Part shown: one piece after another, positions 43,002 to 54,503 of the stretch
Position numbering within the stretch: the stretch's first letter is position 1
How the letters are laid out: each line of letters starts with the position of its first letter
Assembly: GCA_021432655.1 (NCBI GenBank)
Contig: MU271454.1
Location: 1 to 62,522, forward strand
DNA from: Atractiella rhizophila
Taxonomy: Eukaryota
Direction: 5' to 3'
Length of the DNA: 62,522 nucleotides
Notes under the pieces: model-generated
Seen by the model: only the letters and a program-made list of their open reading frames with translations
Told to the model about the DNA's origin: nothing
Database searches by the model: none
Translations under genes and position numbers: made by a program

Positions 43002-45042
43002 TGCACACTCTGGCGTCGGGAAACGATGTGCGAGATCGCTACTCAGTACTCCATGTCAATTCAAGTTTTTGTTCGGTTCCCGCGTTTTTCGCAGTGTTCT
43101 TCGTAATCAAGCTTTGCACATCTGTGAGCATGATAGTATGATGCGTTCATGTTGAAATTTGGAAAGATGTTTTACAGCACATTCGTGGCTTCAGGCATAC
43201 ATGCCATTTACACAAAATGTTCTCTGAGTCTTACAGCACTTCTTGAGCATCATCCATATCATATATGCTTTTACGATTACTGCGAGCACCTCGGATTCCT
43301 ATAGTGACCAGGCTGAGAAAAGTCTTCATGATCTCTGTTAGTTCGCTCTGCAAATTGTCGTCTAACCCGCTGAACATTAGTTTCGTTAGCGAGTGCAGGA
43401 GACGACATACCGGTGCCCGAAGAAACCTTGTCCCAATTAGGCGAAGAGGTGCACTGCGACTATCGGAGGCATTGGGGTCTCAGCAGCGACCCATATATCC
43501 AGTTCTAAGTGCCCAGGCTTTTATCTCCCCTTTACTTGATCGATGACGATGGTCGACTATCGTCCAAATTTATATTCGCTCTCTGCGATATCCACCGACC
43601 GACACCATTGCTCTTGCTGAAACCCTCCAACCGCGGCCAAACCTGATGAAGGATTCGGAATGAAATGGCGGACCAACAAATTCTCCTGTCATGCGCAGAA
43701 ACAGGCGAAACTCCTCAATTGTGTCTTTCGTTGCCTCGAAGATGCCATGTAACTCTCGATCTCTTTGGGCAGAGCCATACCGTCACGCGTAGCGTCAGCT
43801 CTCATCTTTTTCTTATGACGCCCTTCCTAGGTCTCTGAAATTGCGCGTCTTGCAGAACTTCTATCTCGTTGCGACTCCTTAACCCTTTTTCAGTTTATCT
43901 CCCCTTGTGCAACCTCGGGATCTTTGTATGCTCGGCGCGCGCCTAAAGCATCCTGTACTTTGCGAATTCAAATCGACTTCCACCACCTCATGATATACAA
44001 AGGGAACCCTATTCCCAAGATGCACACTCTGGCGTCGGGAAACGATGTGCGAGATCGCTACTCAGTACTCCATGTCAATTCAAGTTTTTGTTCGGTTCCC
44101 GCGTTTTTCGCAGTGCTCATCGTAATCAAGCTTTGCGCATCTGTGAGCATGATAGCTGATGCGTTCATGTTGGTATTTGGAACGATGTTTTGCACGTTCG
44201 TGGTTGCAGGCATACACGCCATTTACGCAAAATGTTCTCTGAGTCTTTTAGCACTTCTTGAGCATCAGTCATATCATATATCCTTCTATGATTACTGCGA
44301 GCACCTCAGATTCCTTTTTTTTCTCGCAGTGACCAGGCTGAGAAAAGCCTTCATGATGTCTGTTAGTACCCCCTGCAAATTGTCGTCTAACCCGCCGAGC
44401 ATTAGTTTCGTTAGCGAGTGCAGGAGACGACAGACCGGTGCCCCGAAGAAACCTTGTCCCAAATAGGCGGAGAGGTGCACTGCGACTATCTGAGGCATTG
44501 GCATCTCAAAAGCGACCCATATCTCCAGTTCTAAGTGCCTAGGCTTTTATCTCCCCTTTACTTGATCGACGACGATGGTCGACTATCGTCCAAATGATAT
44601 TTCGCTCTCTGAGGTCGCCACCGACCGACACCATTGCTCTTGCTGAGACCCTCCAACCGCGGCCAAACCTGATGAAGGATTTGGAATGAAAATGGCGGAC
44701 CAACAAATTCTCTTGTCATGCGCAGAAACAGGCGAAACTCCTCAATCGTGTCTTTCGTTGCCTCGAAGATGACATGTAACTCTCGATTTCTTTGGGCAGA
44801 GCCATACCGTCACGCGTAGCGTCAGCTCTCATCTTTTTCTTACGAGGCCCTTCCTAGGTCTCTGAAAGTGCACTTCTTGTGGAGCTTCTATTTCGTTGCA
44901 CCTCCCTGGCCCTTTTTCAGTTTATCTCCCCTTGTGCAACCTCGGGATCTTTGTGCGCGCCGAAAGCCTCCTGTACTTTGCGAATTCAAGGCGACTTCCA
45001 CCACCCTCATGATATACAAAGGGAACCCTATTCCCAAGCGAG
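43002..45042. repeat. tandem duplication of a ~1.02-kb unit (43002-44020 and 44021-45042)
   Basis: Both units begin TGCACACTCTGGCGTCGGG and end GGGAACCCTATTCCCAAG; similar throughout with scattered substitutions and indels. Confidence 0.95.
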
Positions 45043-45332
45043 TGCACATGACATTGCTCCCGTGTCAGTTTGGGAAAGGTTGGGGGACGGCAGGATCAAG
45101 TTTTCCCAGAGCGCCTGTGATGTTGGGGATATTGTTTGGAACGAATGGCCTGCCGTGTTTACGGGCACTGGTTCGAGGAGATGGACGAGACGGAAGGAAT
45201 TAATTATGTGAGGAGGTACCTCTGTTAGTGTGCTTTAGTTACACCAAATACTAGAAAACTTCACAGAACCAGGCCAAGATTCAACGCATCTCACAGGAGT
45301 GTGACAGATATATGACGATCTGGATGAACCGT

Positions 45333-46409
45333 TCATCGGAAACCGCCCAAGTCCAATTCGCCAACTTTCTCTATGGTCTTCTTCCATGCATCCCTAGCAT
45401 AAACTCTCTCCCTCCACTCCGCGACTTTCGGGTAGTCTTTCAGACCAGGGGTCATGTTCATACAATCGACGGGGTAGTGCATCATAATATCAGCCGTCGT
45501 GAACTTGTCTCCCGCAAAATAAGGGGTCTTTGAGAGATTGTCCTGGAAGACGTGGAGCATCTTGGTTACATCTGGTTGCTATCCACCCAAATTTGAGTCT
45601 GAGTAGTCAGGGAAGGAGCGAGATAAACGGACCACCATCCTGCTATTCAGAGCGCCGGAAATGCCGTTCACAATGGGACGGATGAGGAGCGGCGTGTTCT
45701 TGGGAAGAGCACGAGCGATAATGGCAATGAGGAGAGGAGGCATGGCGGTTCCCTGTTCCATCACATCCAGCAGTTAGTGTTTTGTCTAATCGTGCAAAGG
45801 AGAAACAGACCTCAGCCATGTGCATGAAGTAGTGGTAATTGTACTTTTGTTCGAGCGTGGCATTGGAATCAGAGGCGTAAGAGAACTTGTGTTCTTTGTC
45901 GAACAGGTCCAAGAGGACTTCCATGATCGCTTTTCACATGGAGCGTAAGAAGATTCGTCTGGAGTGAGGGTAGAGGAAGCGACCAACCTCCAGACTCGGC
46001 CAACATCATCTTTGGCTGTCCAGGGATCTCAACTTCAAGGACGGGAGCCTACGCTAATGTCACCAACGAATTTGAGTTAAAAGTGAAGAAAAAAAGGGAC
46101 AAACCTTTCCGAGAGGCGAGAGGGCAGTCAATTCCTTCGGCGCTCTCATATCAGCTCCTCTCTTATATTCCACAAGCTGTTCAAGCGCATAAGCATAAGC
46201 AACATCAGCTCACGGCTTATGTATGAATTGATGGAGGAAAATCGCACGTCATACTCGACTCCCAGCTCCTCGAGCAACCACACGATCCTGTGGGCTCGGC
46301 TGCGATTCAGCCAGTGCAGAGTGAGTTTTGGCTTCGTGGTTTGACTTTCTGAAGACATTTTGAGGTGGGACGTAATTTGCGAAGTCCTTTGGAGGGCTGA
46401 CGAGAGCAT
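45333..46409 (-). CDS. glutathione S-transferase, GTT1/Gst3-like
   Basis: LTLHWLNRSRAHRIVWLLEELGVEYD, SPLGK-APVLE, LAESG-AI, FMHMAE-GTAMPPL, YFAGDKFTTADIMM, YPKVAEWRERV..DAWKK. Confidence 0.93.
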
Positions 46410-47432
46410 AAAGCGACGAGTTCGTGGTTTTAAGAGAACGCAGCGTGGTCACATCGTCTTGCGGTTTTGTTGTTTCAGTCCGGTCATCCGGTTAACAAGC
46501 CGCCGACGGATGTAGAGTGAGACGATGATGAGACTTGGCCGGCTTCACCCTAGGCTGCACCACTCTCAATGATAACAAGTCTATGACATTCAGCAGCTCG
46601 ATAGCTGTCGAAAGGCTTTAGAGTGTCATTCTAACACGGAACCTCGCACAGGAGGATTTTCTCGCGACCCAAAGGGAAACCTAGTGGGTTTCGGTCGGCG
46701 GACGAGGAGATTTGTGTCCCCGACTCGCGCGGTTTACGAGTAGCAGTTCGAGCTTCGAGTCTGCAGAACAGAGGGTCATCAGGTTTGTAAATTTTGCACC
46801 TAAATGTGTGGGTGCCTTCGTTCTCCAAAACAAATGGCTGCTCGTTTGCCCGAAGAATGCTGCAAAATACAAGTTGTGGCGCAAGAGACATGTCCAATGG
46901 TGTTCTGACCTGAGGGTTACATTTGCACAGAGGGTTTATTCTGAGGAATGTGGCAAGAGGGCAATCTCGTTGCTGCAGAGAAAATCGAATTGATGTATAC
47001 GCAGACTTGAAACACCTAAGAAACTTGAGCCGTTGACTACATCAAATATCATCAGATAAGTGAAAGTAGTCGTGCAGTTTTACCAGATGATTTTGTGGAT
47101 AGACGGGCAAAGACTTGGGGTTGTTTTTGAGGGGGCTGGGTTGTAATTGTATCGAAAGGAGACGACCCTCACTGAAGCTTCTGATAGTGTCAGAGGTGGG
47201 AATGACTGAGGACCGACGGACGGTGTTGGAGAGAACATCGCTGCTGAATTCCGAGACTCTTTGATGTTGCCCAAGTATCACTTTGGGGACTACTCGGGAT
47301 GTAAGGATCAAGTTTTCTGGTGCTGAGGATATTTTTTGAAGTGAATAGTCTTCGGATTGATTTACGCGCAGAGGTACCTCCTTTGCTGTGGAACCAGACC
47401 ACATTTCCCCCACTTGCACTGTGCTGCACAAT

Positions 47433-48020
47433 AGTCTGACAGATATGTGACTTTCTGGACCAATAACTCATCGAAATCCACTCGAGTCCAATTCGCCCAC
47501 TTTCTCTACCATCTTGTTCCATGACCATCACCAGGATGATGGACGTCTTTCAGAACAATCTTCCAAAGACCCTCTTTGCTGGAGACAAGTTCACGACGGG
47601 CGACATCATGATGCATTTCTTCTTCGTCGACGATAACGCCATAACCTCTGATCTGAGACTGCCTGAAAGTCGCTGAGTGGAGGGAGAGAGTTTAATGCTA
47701 TGGATGCACGTCCGGTTCCTGTCCATCCAAAGAGAGTGTGAGTGAAAGGGAGAGGGAAGGCTGGAAGGGGAAGAGGCGAGATGACGGGCCATCATCTTGC
47801 TGTTGAGGTTCACCGTAGGACGGATGAAGAAAAGTGTGGTCTCGGGGAGACCACGAGCAATGATGGAGGAGAGGAGAGGATCCATTGCGCTTCTCTGTAC
47901 CATCACACCAGAAATCAATTAGTTACGTCTGAGGTCAGCCATGTGCAAGTAGTAGTACTTTTACTCATTGGAAGCAGAAGGATAAGACAACTTTGCTCGT
48001 TGTCGAACAGGTCTGGTAAT
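47433..48020 (-). pseudogene. pseudogene copy of the GST 3' half with an internal inversion
   Basis: Minus-strand SAMDPLLSSIIARGLPETTLFFIRP and a 3' end matching 45300-45390; the segment ~47524-47708 reads MMDVFQNNLPKTLFAGDKFTTGDIMMH on the plus strand. Confidence 0.85.
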
Positions 48021-48540
48021 CTGGCCACTAGACCGCAGACATGCCACTGGCAGGATCTGTCTGCGCCACTTTGGGCCATTCCGAGGGTGGGAATTCCGCA
48101 CGATAACAGGCTTTAGATTGCGACGCACAACCTCGCCCGGAAGGGTTCTGGGAACAGAAAGTGAACCTAGCGTGGGTTTCGGGCGGAGAACGTGGGGATG
48201 GCGTCCCCGGAGTAGCACAATTCGTTGAGGCAGCTAAGTGCGCGAGACGGAAGAAGGGAGAAGACGAGAAGGAGCAGGTTTGTCATTTGCGATCTATATT
48301 GGGTGAGTCGTTCGGTGGAATTGGGCACTCCGGGTTTGGGGCATTTGAACGTTGATAGCTAGCTCCATTTGTGCTCACGAGCTCCTCACTTCAGTAGCTA
48401 CTGGCGACCCTGCTGGCGACCAGGTGCCAGGTGCGAGGGTAAGTGCGCATCCGACCGGGTACGTCTTCCTGTACGTACAGCCGATATCCGATGCCTGTAC
48501 GTTGACGTAGCAGCCGATTTTTACGACCGCGACCGCCGTC

Positions 48541-51500
48541 ATGGCGAGCAGCTCACCTCCCGTCCCCGCGCACTCTCCCACCCACGCGACCCACGCAGCC
48601 ACGCACTCGCCCTCCAACGCCGCGGGTCCGACCAACGCGCGACGGACAAACGAGCATGGGGAGAAGAAGAAGGTTTTTGATTTGCACGATCTCGTCAAGA
48701 GGGGGAGCGGTCTCTCTCCTGCGAAAAAGGGAGTGGGGGTGGGACTGGAGGGTGGTTTGGGATTAGAGCTGGGTGTGGGGGGTACGGGTAAGGGGGAAGG
48801 GGAGAAGGAGGAGACGACGTCCCCGTTCAACACGCCGCCGCGTCTCGTTGGCGCGGGCGTGGGAGACACATCCACCACTCCTTCTCCGTCGCCGCCACGC
48901 GTGGCCATGGGCATACCGTTCAACGGGGACGATGCCGCGTTCGAATTACACGACTATCTCGCGCTCGATCCCTCCGTCGAAGCTGGAGCGGACGAGGAGG
49001 CGAAGATCCAGCAGAGGAAGGAGAAGAGGGTCAAGGTCTATTCGCTCGCCAAAGCGGTGTGGGATGACCTCGGCACTGGGTTCTGCGAGGGACGGTACCG
49101 CATGAGTCCCGAGCCTGGAGAGAGAGAGAGGAAGGAGAACGAGTCCACCTCGCCGCCGTCCAGCCCGCCGCTGTTCCCTGCTCCGCCAACTCTTGCGGCG
49201 CAGGTGTTGGTCAGAGCTGAGGAGAATCAGGAGTCGTTGTTGTTGGAGAGCGAGATCGAACCGTGGTTGCCGGAGTGGGGAGCGATGGACGAAGTGCCGC
49301 TTTCGTTATCTGAAGAAGAGAAGAAAGGAGGAACAGACCGCATAGGGCGGTATTCGAGACAACAAGGTCAGTCCCTTCCCATCCGTCCATAGTTTCGTAA
49401 AGACGGGAAGTTGATGGGAGGTCAAGACACGCTGATTGTATGGAACGACACGAACTTGGGCGTGGACATGGCGCTCAGCTTCGCGACCGCGAAAGGGTGT
49501 GAGGAGATGTGGGAGTTCTTTCTCACCGCTCAGAAACAGGTGGCTCTCAGTCTCGAAGCCGCTGGCGACTGGGGCGAGGACGGTTCGTCCCACCACTTCT
49601 ATGCTCTTATGACACGCGACTCATGTACTGTTGTTATCGATGGCAGACGACCTCATATCATACTCCAACCCCTCCTCTCCACTCACCTTCGGCTCCCTCT
49701 TCCCTTCTTTCGGGACAAGCATGAACGGCACCCTTCCTCCTCCTTCGTTGGGCAACATCAAAGAGGCCGAGCAAATAGTGCGCCACTGCGCAAAGTCGCT
49801 CTTATGGAGGGAAAAGTTGTCGGGATGGATCGTGAGCTCGGGATATCTGAAGAAGCTGGTGGAGATATTTGTGGAGGCGGAGGAACTGGAGAGTAACGAA
49901 GACTTGAATTCTATTTGCGAACTCATGCAAGCCATCCGTGCGTCCCCCCCTCTTTCACTTAATGTGAGCAGGCGCGTATGAGGAGTCATGTTGCAGTGCT
50001 CCTGCATGACACCGCCATATTCGAATTCATCATAGCCGACTCTCTCTATCTACCAATCTTCGGAATGCTCGAATATTCCCCCTCTCATCCCACCCAAAAA
50101 GCCAACTATCGACACCACCTATCCACCCCAAACCTGTTTCAACAAATCGAAGGTCTCCCCATCACCGACGAAAAGACGCTGATAAAGATCCATCATACCT
50201 TTCGTCTGCAGTATTTGAGGGATGTAATCCTAGGAAGAGTGGGAGATGAACCCGTGATGGGAGTCCTGGGCAGCTTGTTGTTTTTCAATCAGGTACCTCG
50301 CCTACTTACCTCTACTGTGCCGTATCTTGAACTCGGGAACGTGGATACTGATAGGTGGATATGGATAGTGCGACATCGTTGGACATTTGATGAACAACAA
50401 GCCGTTCTTGACGGAGCTCTTCGGAATGTTTCAGGATGCTGCCTATCCAGAGGGTGAGGCAGAAACGAAGGCGACGCCCACATCGCCCGACTCCAAATCC
50501 GAACCAGAGATAGGGCCACATCCCCCTCCTTCTCCTCAGAAACCACCCTCGAGCCGCTCTCGTCGATTACAAGCCATGCTCTTCCTCCAACAACTGTCCG
50601 GCCTCGCAAAGACGATGCAAGTCTCGCAACGGTCCAACATGTACCGAAACCTGATCGAGCTCGGCCTCCTCCGCGTGATCGAGTACGGTCTGGCGGCGGA
50701 TAAGCAGGACAAGGAGCGAGCGGTCGGGTTGGAGCTGCTCATGATCGTCATCGATCATGATCCGTCGAAGATTAGGGCGTACACGTTGCAGCAGAATGCG
50801 GGGAGGAAGAAGACGCTGGTGCTGAAGATGATTGAGACGGTGTTGGAGGAGAGGGATTGGGGAACGCAGCTGCAGATGATGGAGGGCTTGAGGGTCTTGG
50901 TGGACGCTTCTGGTGAATTTGCAGATGTACAGATAGCCTTTCTCTCCTGCTCGGGACGGATGTGCTGACGTTGGTCGTTTTTGATAGGCTGGGACGGGAG
51001 GAGGTCCGAATCGGATACGATTGGAGGATCCGGTGGCGGAACAGTTTTTGCACTATTTCTACGAGCATTGCGCCAAAGTCCTACTAGCCCCTATTGGTGA
51101 TCTCGAGGTGTCCAAAGGTCAGTCGTCCGTTACTAATCTATTTCTTTCGTGTTCGACGATCTGAGGCAAAGTAGAATCTATCCCCCAAATCCCACTAGCA
51201 AATGTCAACCTCATCGGACAACTGTGCGACCTCCTGTGCTTCTTCATCTTCAGCCATGGATTCCGTTCCAAATACCTCGTCCTTTCCGGCACCGGAAAAC
51301 TGCTCGAACAAATCGTCTCCCTCCTCCGCACCCCTTACAAGCACTTGCGATTAGGTATGTTGCTTCAACCCTGTTCTTCTCGGACGTTGCAGACTCCTTA
51401 TTCTTTGCTTCTGCAGCTGGCATCAGAGTCCTTCGGGCCGTCGTCCAAAAACAGGATGACTTCTACAATCGTTCCCTCATCCGGAGCGACGTCTTCGGCA

Positions 51501-52739
51501 CACTTCTCAGTCTGGTAGAGATGGAAGTTTCCAGCTTTGGGCTCACGCTTTCGGCCTGCCTCGAGCTTTTTGAACTCATCAAATCTGTAAGTCCGCCTCG
51601 GCTTATACTACCAAGAGCCCAATGACCAATGGGTGTTCCATTCGTCCTAGTCGACCCAGAAGGTGATCATCAACCACCTTTTCGATGTGTACAAGGAACG
51701 AATGAAGGCTTTAGGGAACAAGTTGAAGACTTTCGCTGCACTCGACATCAAGTGGGAGCAGATGAACGACAGCGCAATGAGGCTGTCGAGCTCCGTATCC
51801 TCTGCTCCTGACACTAGGTTAGCGCTCACTCTCACTCCCTTACTATTGCATTCTCCTGATACCTTTCATGTCCATAGCACGCCAAAGAGAGAGATCAGTA
51901 TCGGTGCTTGGGGCCCCGGCCGCCGTATTGACGCTGACGAGGAGTCGTATTTCAACGATGACGATGACGATGAGGGAACTCTCAACATTTCTGTCATCAA
52001 CCGATCCGGTCAAACTTCTGCCACCGGATCCAAGAAACGGGTTCTAGAGGATGCAGACGATGGGGAAGAGGAGGGAAGGAAGAAGCCTCGATTAATAGTT
52101 GCGAGAACTTCGCCAGCCAATCCGAACGGAGTCCCGAAATCTCAGTCCTGGCCTTTGCCTGGATCCCCTGCGAAGGGTCTGGTGGACTACGATGACGAGG
52201 ATGAAGACACAGCTGGGGGCTTCGTTCGCGAATCTCTTTCGTCAGAGAAGGACACGATACAGCCTCCATCGTCTGAGACTGTGCCATCTGCAGTAGCAAA
52301 TGAGGCGTCCCGCGCACCGTCGCCGCCTCCACCGCTCTTGAAACCAGGAGAGAAGCGTCGGCGGGAAGAAGAAGAAGAGGAGGAGGCATCGGCGTTTGGG
52401 AATCTGGCGAAGAAACGGTCAATCGTCGGTTTGAACGACAAGCCCGCGAATCCATCCCCGAAATTGAAAACTCCTTCTCCTGCCCCAAGCGACACGTCGA
52501 CCCCGCCAGGAAATGGCAAAATCAAGTTCAATCTCGGACAAAAGTCACAAATTCCCATTCGGAGATCTGTCTCCACACCTCCGCCTGGTGGCTTGGTGCT
52601 GAAACTCAAGAATTCTGCAATTCGGAAAGCGAATGACGATTCGGATAGTTCACCATCGAATGGTAATGCAGAGAATGGGAAGCCGCAACGGACTGGGGAA
52701 GTGACGGCAGAGAATAAAACGAAGAAAGATACAGGATGA
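48541..52739 (+). CDS. PSY2: protein phosphatase 4 regulatory subunit 3 (Psy2/SMK-1)
   Basis: EVH1-like RVKVYSL..WDDLGTGFC, YSRQQ-DTLIVW..DMALSF..GCEEMWEF; DUF625-type GMLEY..KANYR, KIHHTFRLQYLRDVIL, FFNQ; EESYFN and LVDYDDEDE tail motifs. Confidence 0.95.
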
Positions 52740-53034
52740 TGTTGTTTGCTTCCAACTTTCTATTCAGTTGCTGAAGTATTCTGGTCGTGCAAGGAGTTTA
52801 AGTTGTCTATGTATCTCTAAGTAGCAGAAGTAGCAGCTAGATTATACTTTGTTCTTGCCAATATCGCTAACGCTCACACCGTAAATCAGAAAACTCAAAA
52901 GGAAACTGTTTCAATTTGAAATTTCTATTTGAAACACGAAACTGGGATTTCTTTCGCTGGCTGGAAAAGTTTGTTAAACTTCTTGGGAGCTAAAGTGCAG
53001 CAACTTTCTCATTGTTCTACTTCAACGAACAGGG

Positions 53035-54163
53035 ATGAGCGAGTTGACACCTGTCGAAACCTCCTCCATTGGAGCAACAAGCTCCGTGGTGGAAAACAAC
53101 CCTTCCGATCCTGGCTTATCAAAGAATGCAAGGAAGAAGCTCGCCAAAGCAGCATTGCGGGAGACGAGGAAGAAGGAGAAACGAGCGCTGGAGAAGGCGC
53201 GTCGGAAAGAGAATAAGCGAAAACGGTTTGAAGCTGGAGAAGTCCTACCTCCCAAGGCCAAGAAGCGGAAGGTTGGCTCCCAGGAATGGAACGGAGCATG
53301 GGTGGTGCTCGATTTGGGATTCGATGATAAGATGCTTGATAAAGTGCGTTGTTTCCTTGCTTCAGCGCGAAGCGTAGTCGTGATGGAGAGAAAGGAAGTT
53401 TCCAGCTTGACAGGACAACTGTCTTATTGCTATAATCACTCCAGGACAACAGAGAAGCCTTTCAGAATCATATGCACTGGCTTGGATGGTCGTACACTTG
53501 ATCGCCTCAATGGCACTTTGGGGGGACAGCATCAAAGCTGGCACGGCTTTCAGTGGACATCAGAAAGCTTAGACTGGCTCTGGAAGAAGGATCCAGCTCC
53601 ATCAACGAGCGAACCTAAACCTCCTGACGACGTAGCGAAGGCAGTACCGCGTGAAAGTGTCAAATTTGACACTATACCTACCTTCAGTCAACAAGATGTC
53701 GTTTACCTCACCGCCGATTCACCCAATATTCTCACCACGCTAGACCCAGGCAAAGCATACGTGATTGGTGCATTGGTGGATCACAACCGATACAAAGTGC
53801 GTCTCCCTCGCACTGCCCATTTGCCGTTAAACAGAGTGCCAGGCCCTCTGTCTCAACAAAGCAAACGACCTCAAAATTGAACATGCCCAACTCCCAATTG
53901 GCGAATATCTCCCACAACTGACTACTCGCAAAGTGCTCACAGTTAACCAGGTCCTTGCCATCATGCTGAAGTGGTGGGAGACAAAGGATTGGAAGCACGC
54001 CCTGGAAGCTGTCATCCCTTCTAGAAAGTTTGAGAAGCACGAGGCTAGTGGGCAGGAACTAGAGGAGGATGTAGATGAAGAGGAAGCCGAAGAGGGGAAC
54101 GACGAGATGGGAGAAAAGGAAGAGCAGGAAGAGGGAACGTTCCAGACTGTTATTCAACTTTAA
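53035..54163 (+). CDS. TRM10: tRNA (guanine-9-N1)-methyltransferase
   Basis: LSKNARKK, VLDLGFDDKM, QLSYCY, VVYLTADS, YVIGALVDHNRYK, LPIGEY..RKVLTVNQV, ALEAVIPSRK. Confidence 0.96.
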
Positions 54164-54503
54164 CTTCGAGGCCCAATCCATACCCAACATTACAGACGTC
54201 AATCTCCCATCAACGCGAAATAACATTCCTGTTCGTCGTTATCGGATCCAGCAACATTCTCACTTTTGCAATGCCAAAGCTGCAAGCAAAGTTAGACTTC
54301 CATCCATCTCATCTCATCTCCGAATTCTCCGATCTTTCTCTTACGTTGGACAAGGTTGCATTTTGCTGCATTTGGTTGCAGCTTTGCCCAACCAAACACA
54401 TCGATCCCTGAAAGCAACAAACCCTCAAAAATCTGTTCCGTTTGCCTTGCCACGCCAGCCTTACAGCTTTACCTTACGACGACATACCACCAGTCCATCC
54501 ACC

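Noticed and set aside
43643..43720. CTGATGA...GAAA suggesting a hammerhead ribozyme in each tandem unit
   Set aside because: No stem II closes between CUGAUGA and any downstream GAAA, and no matching stem III/UH site can be built.
46510..46632. ATGATGA plus stems (GACTTG/CAAGTC, ATGACATTC/GAGTGTCAT) suggesting a C/D snoRNA
   Set aside because: No terminal CTGA D box or recognisable rRNA guide, and the stems are short enough to be chance.
46631..47431. Short minus-strand ORFs (88 and 129 aa) between the GST and its pseudogene
   Set aside because: No recognisable homology or consistent splice structure.
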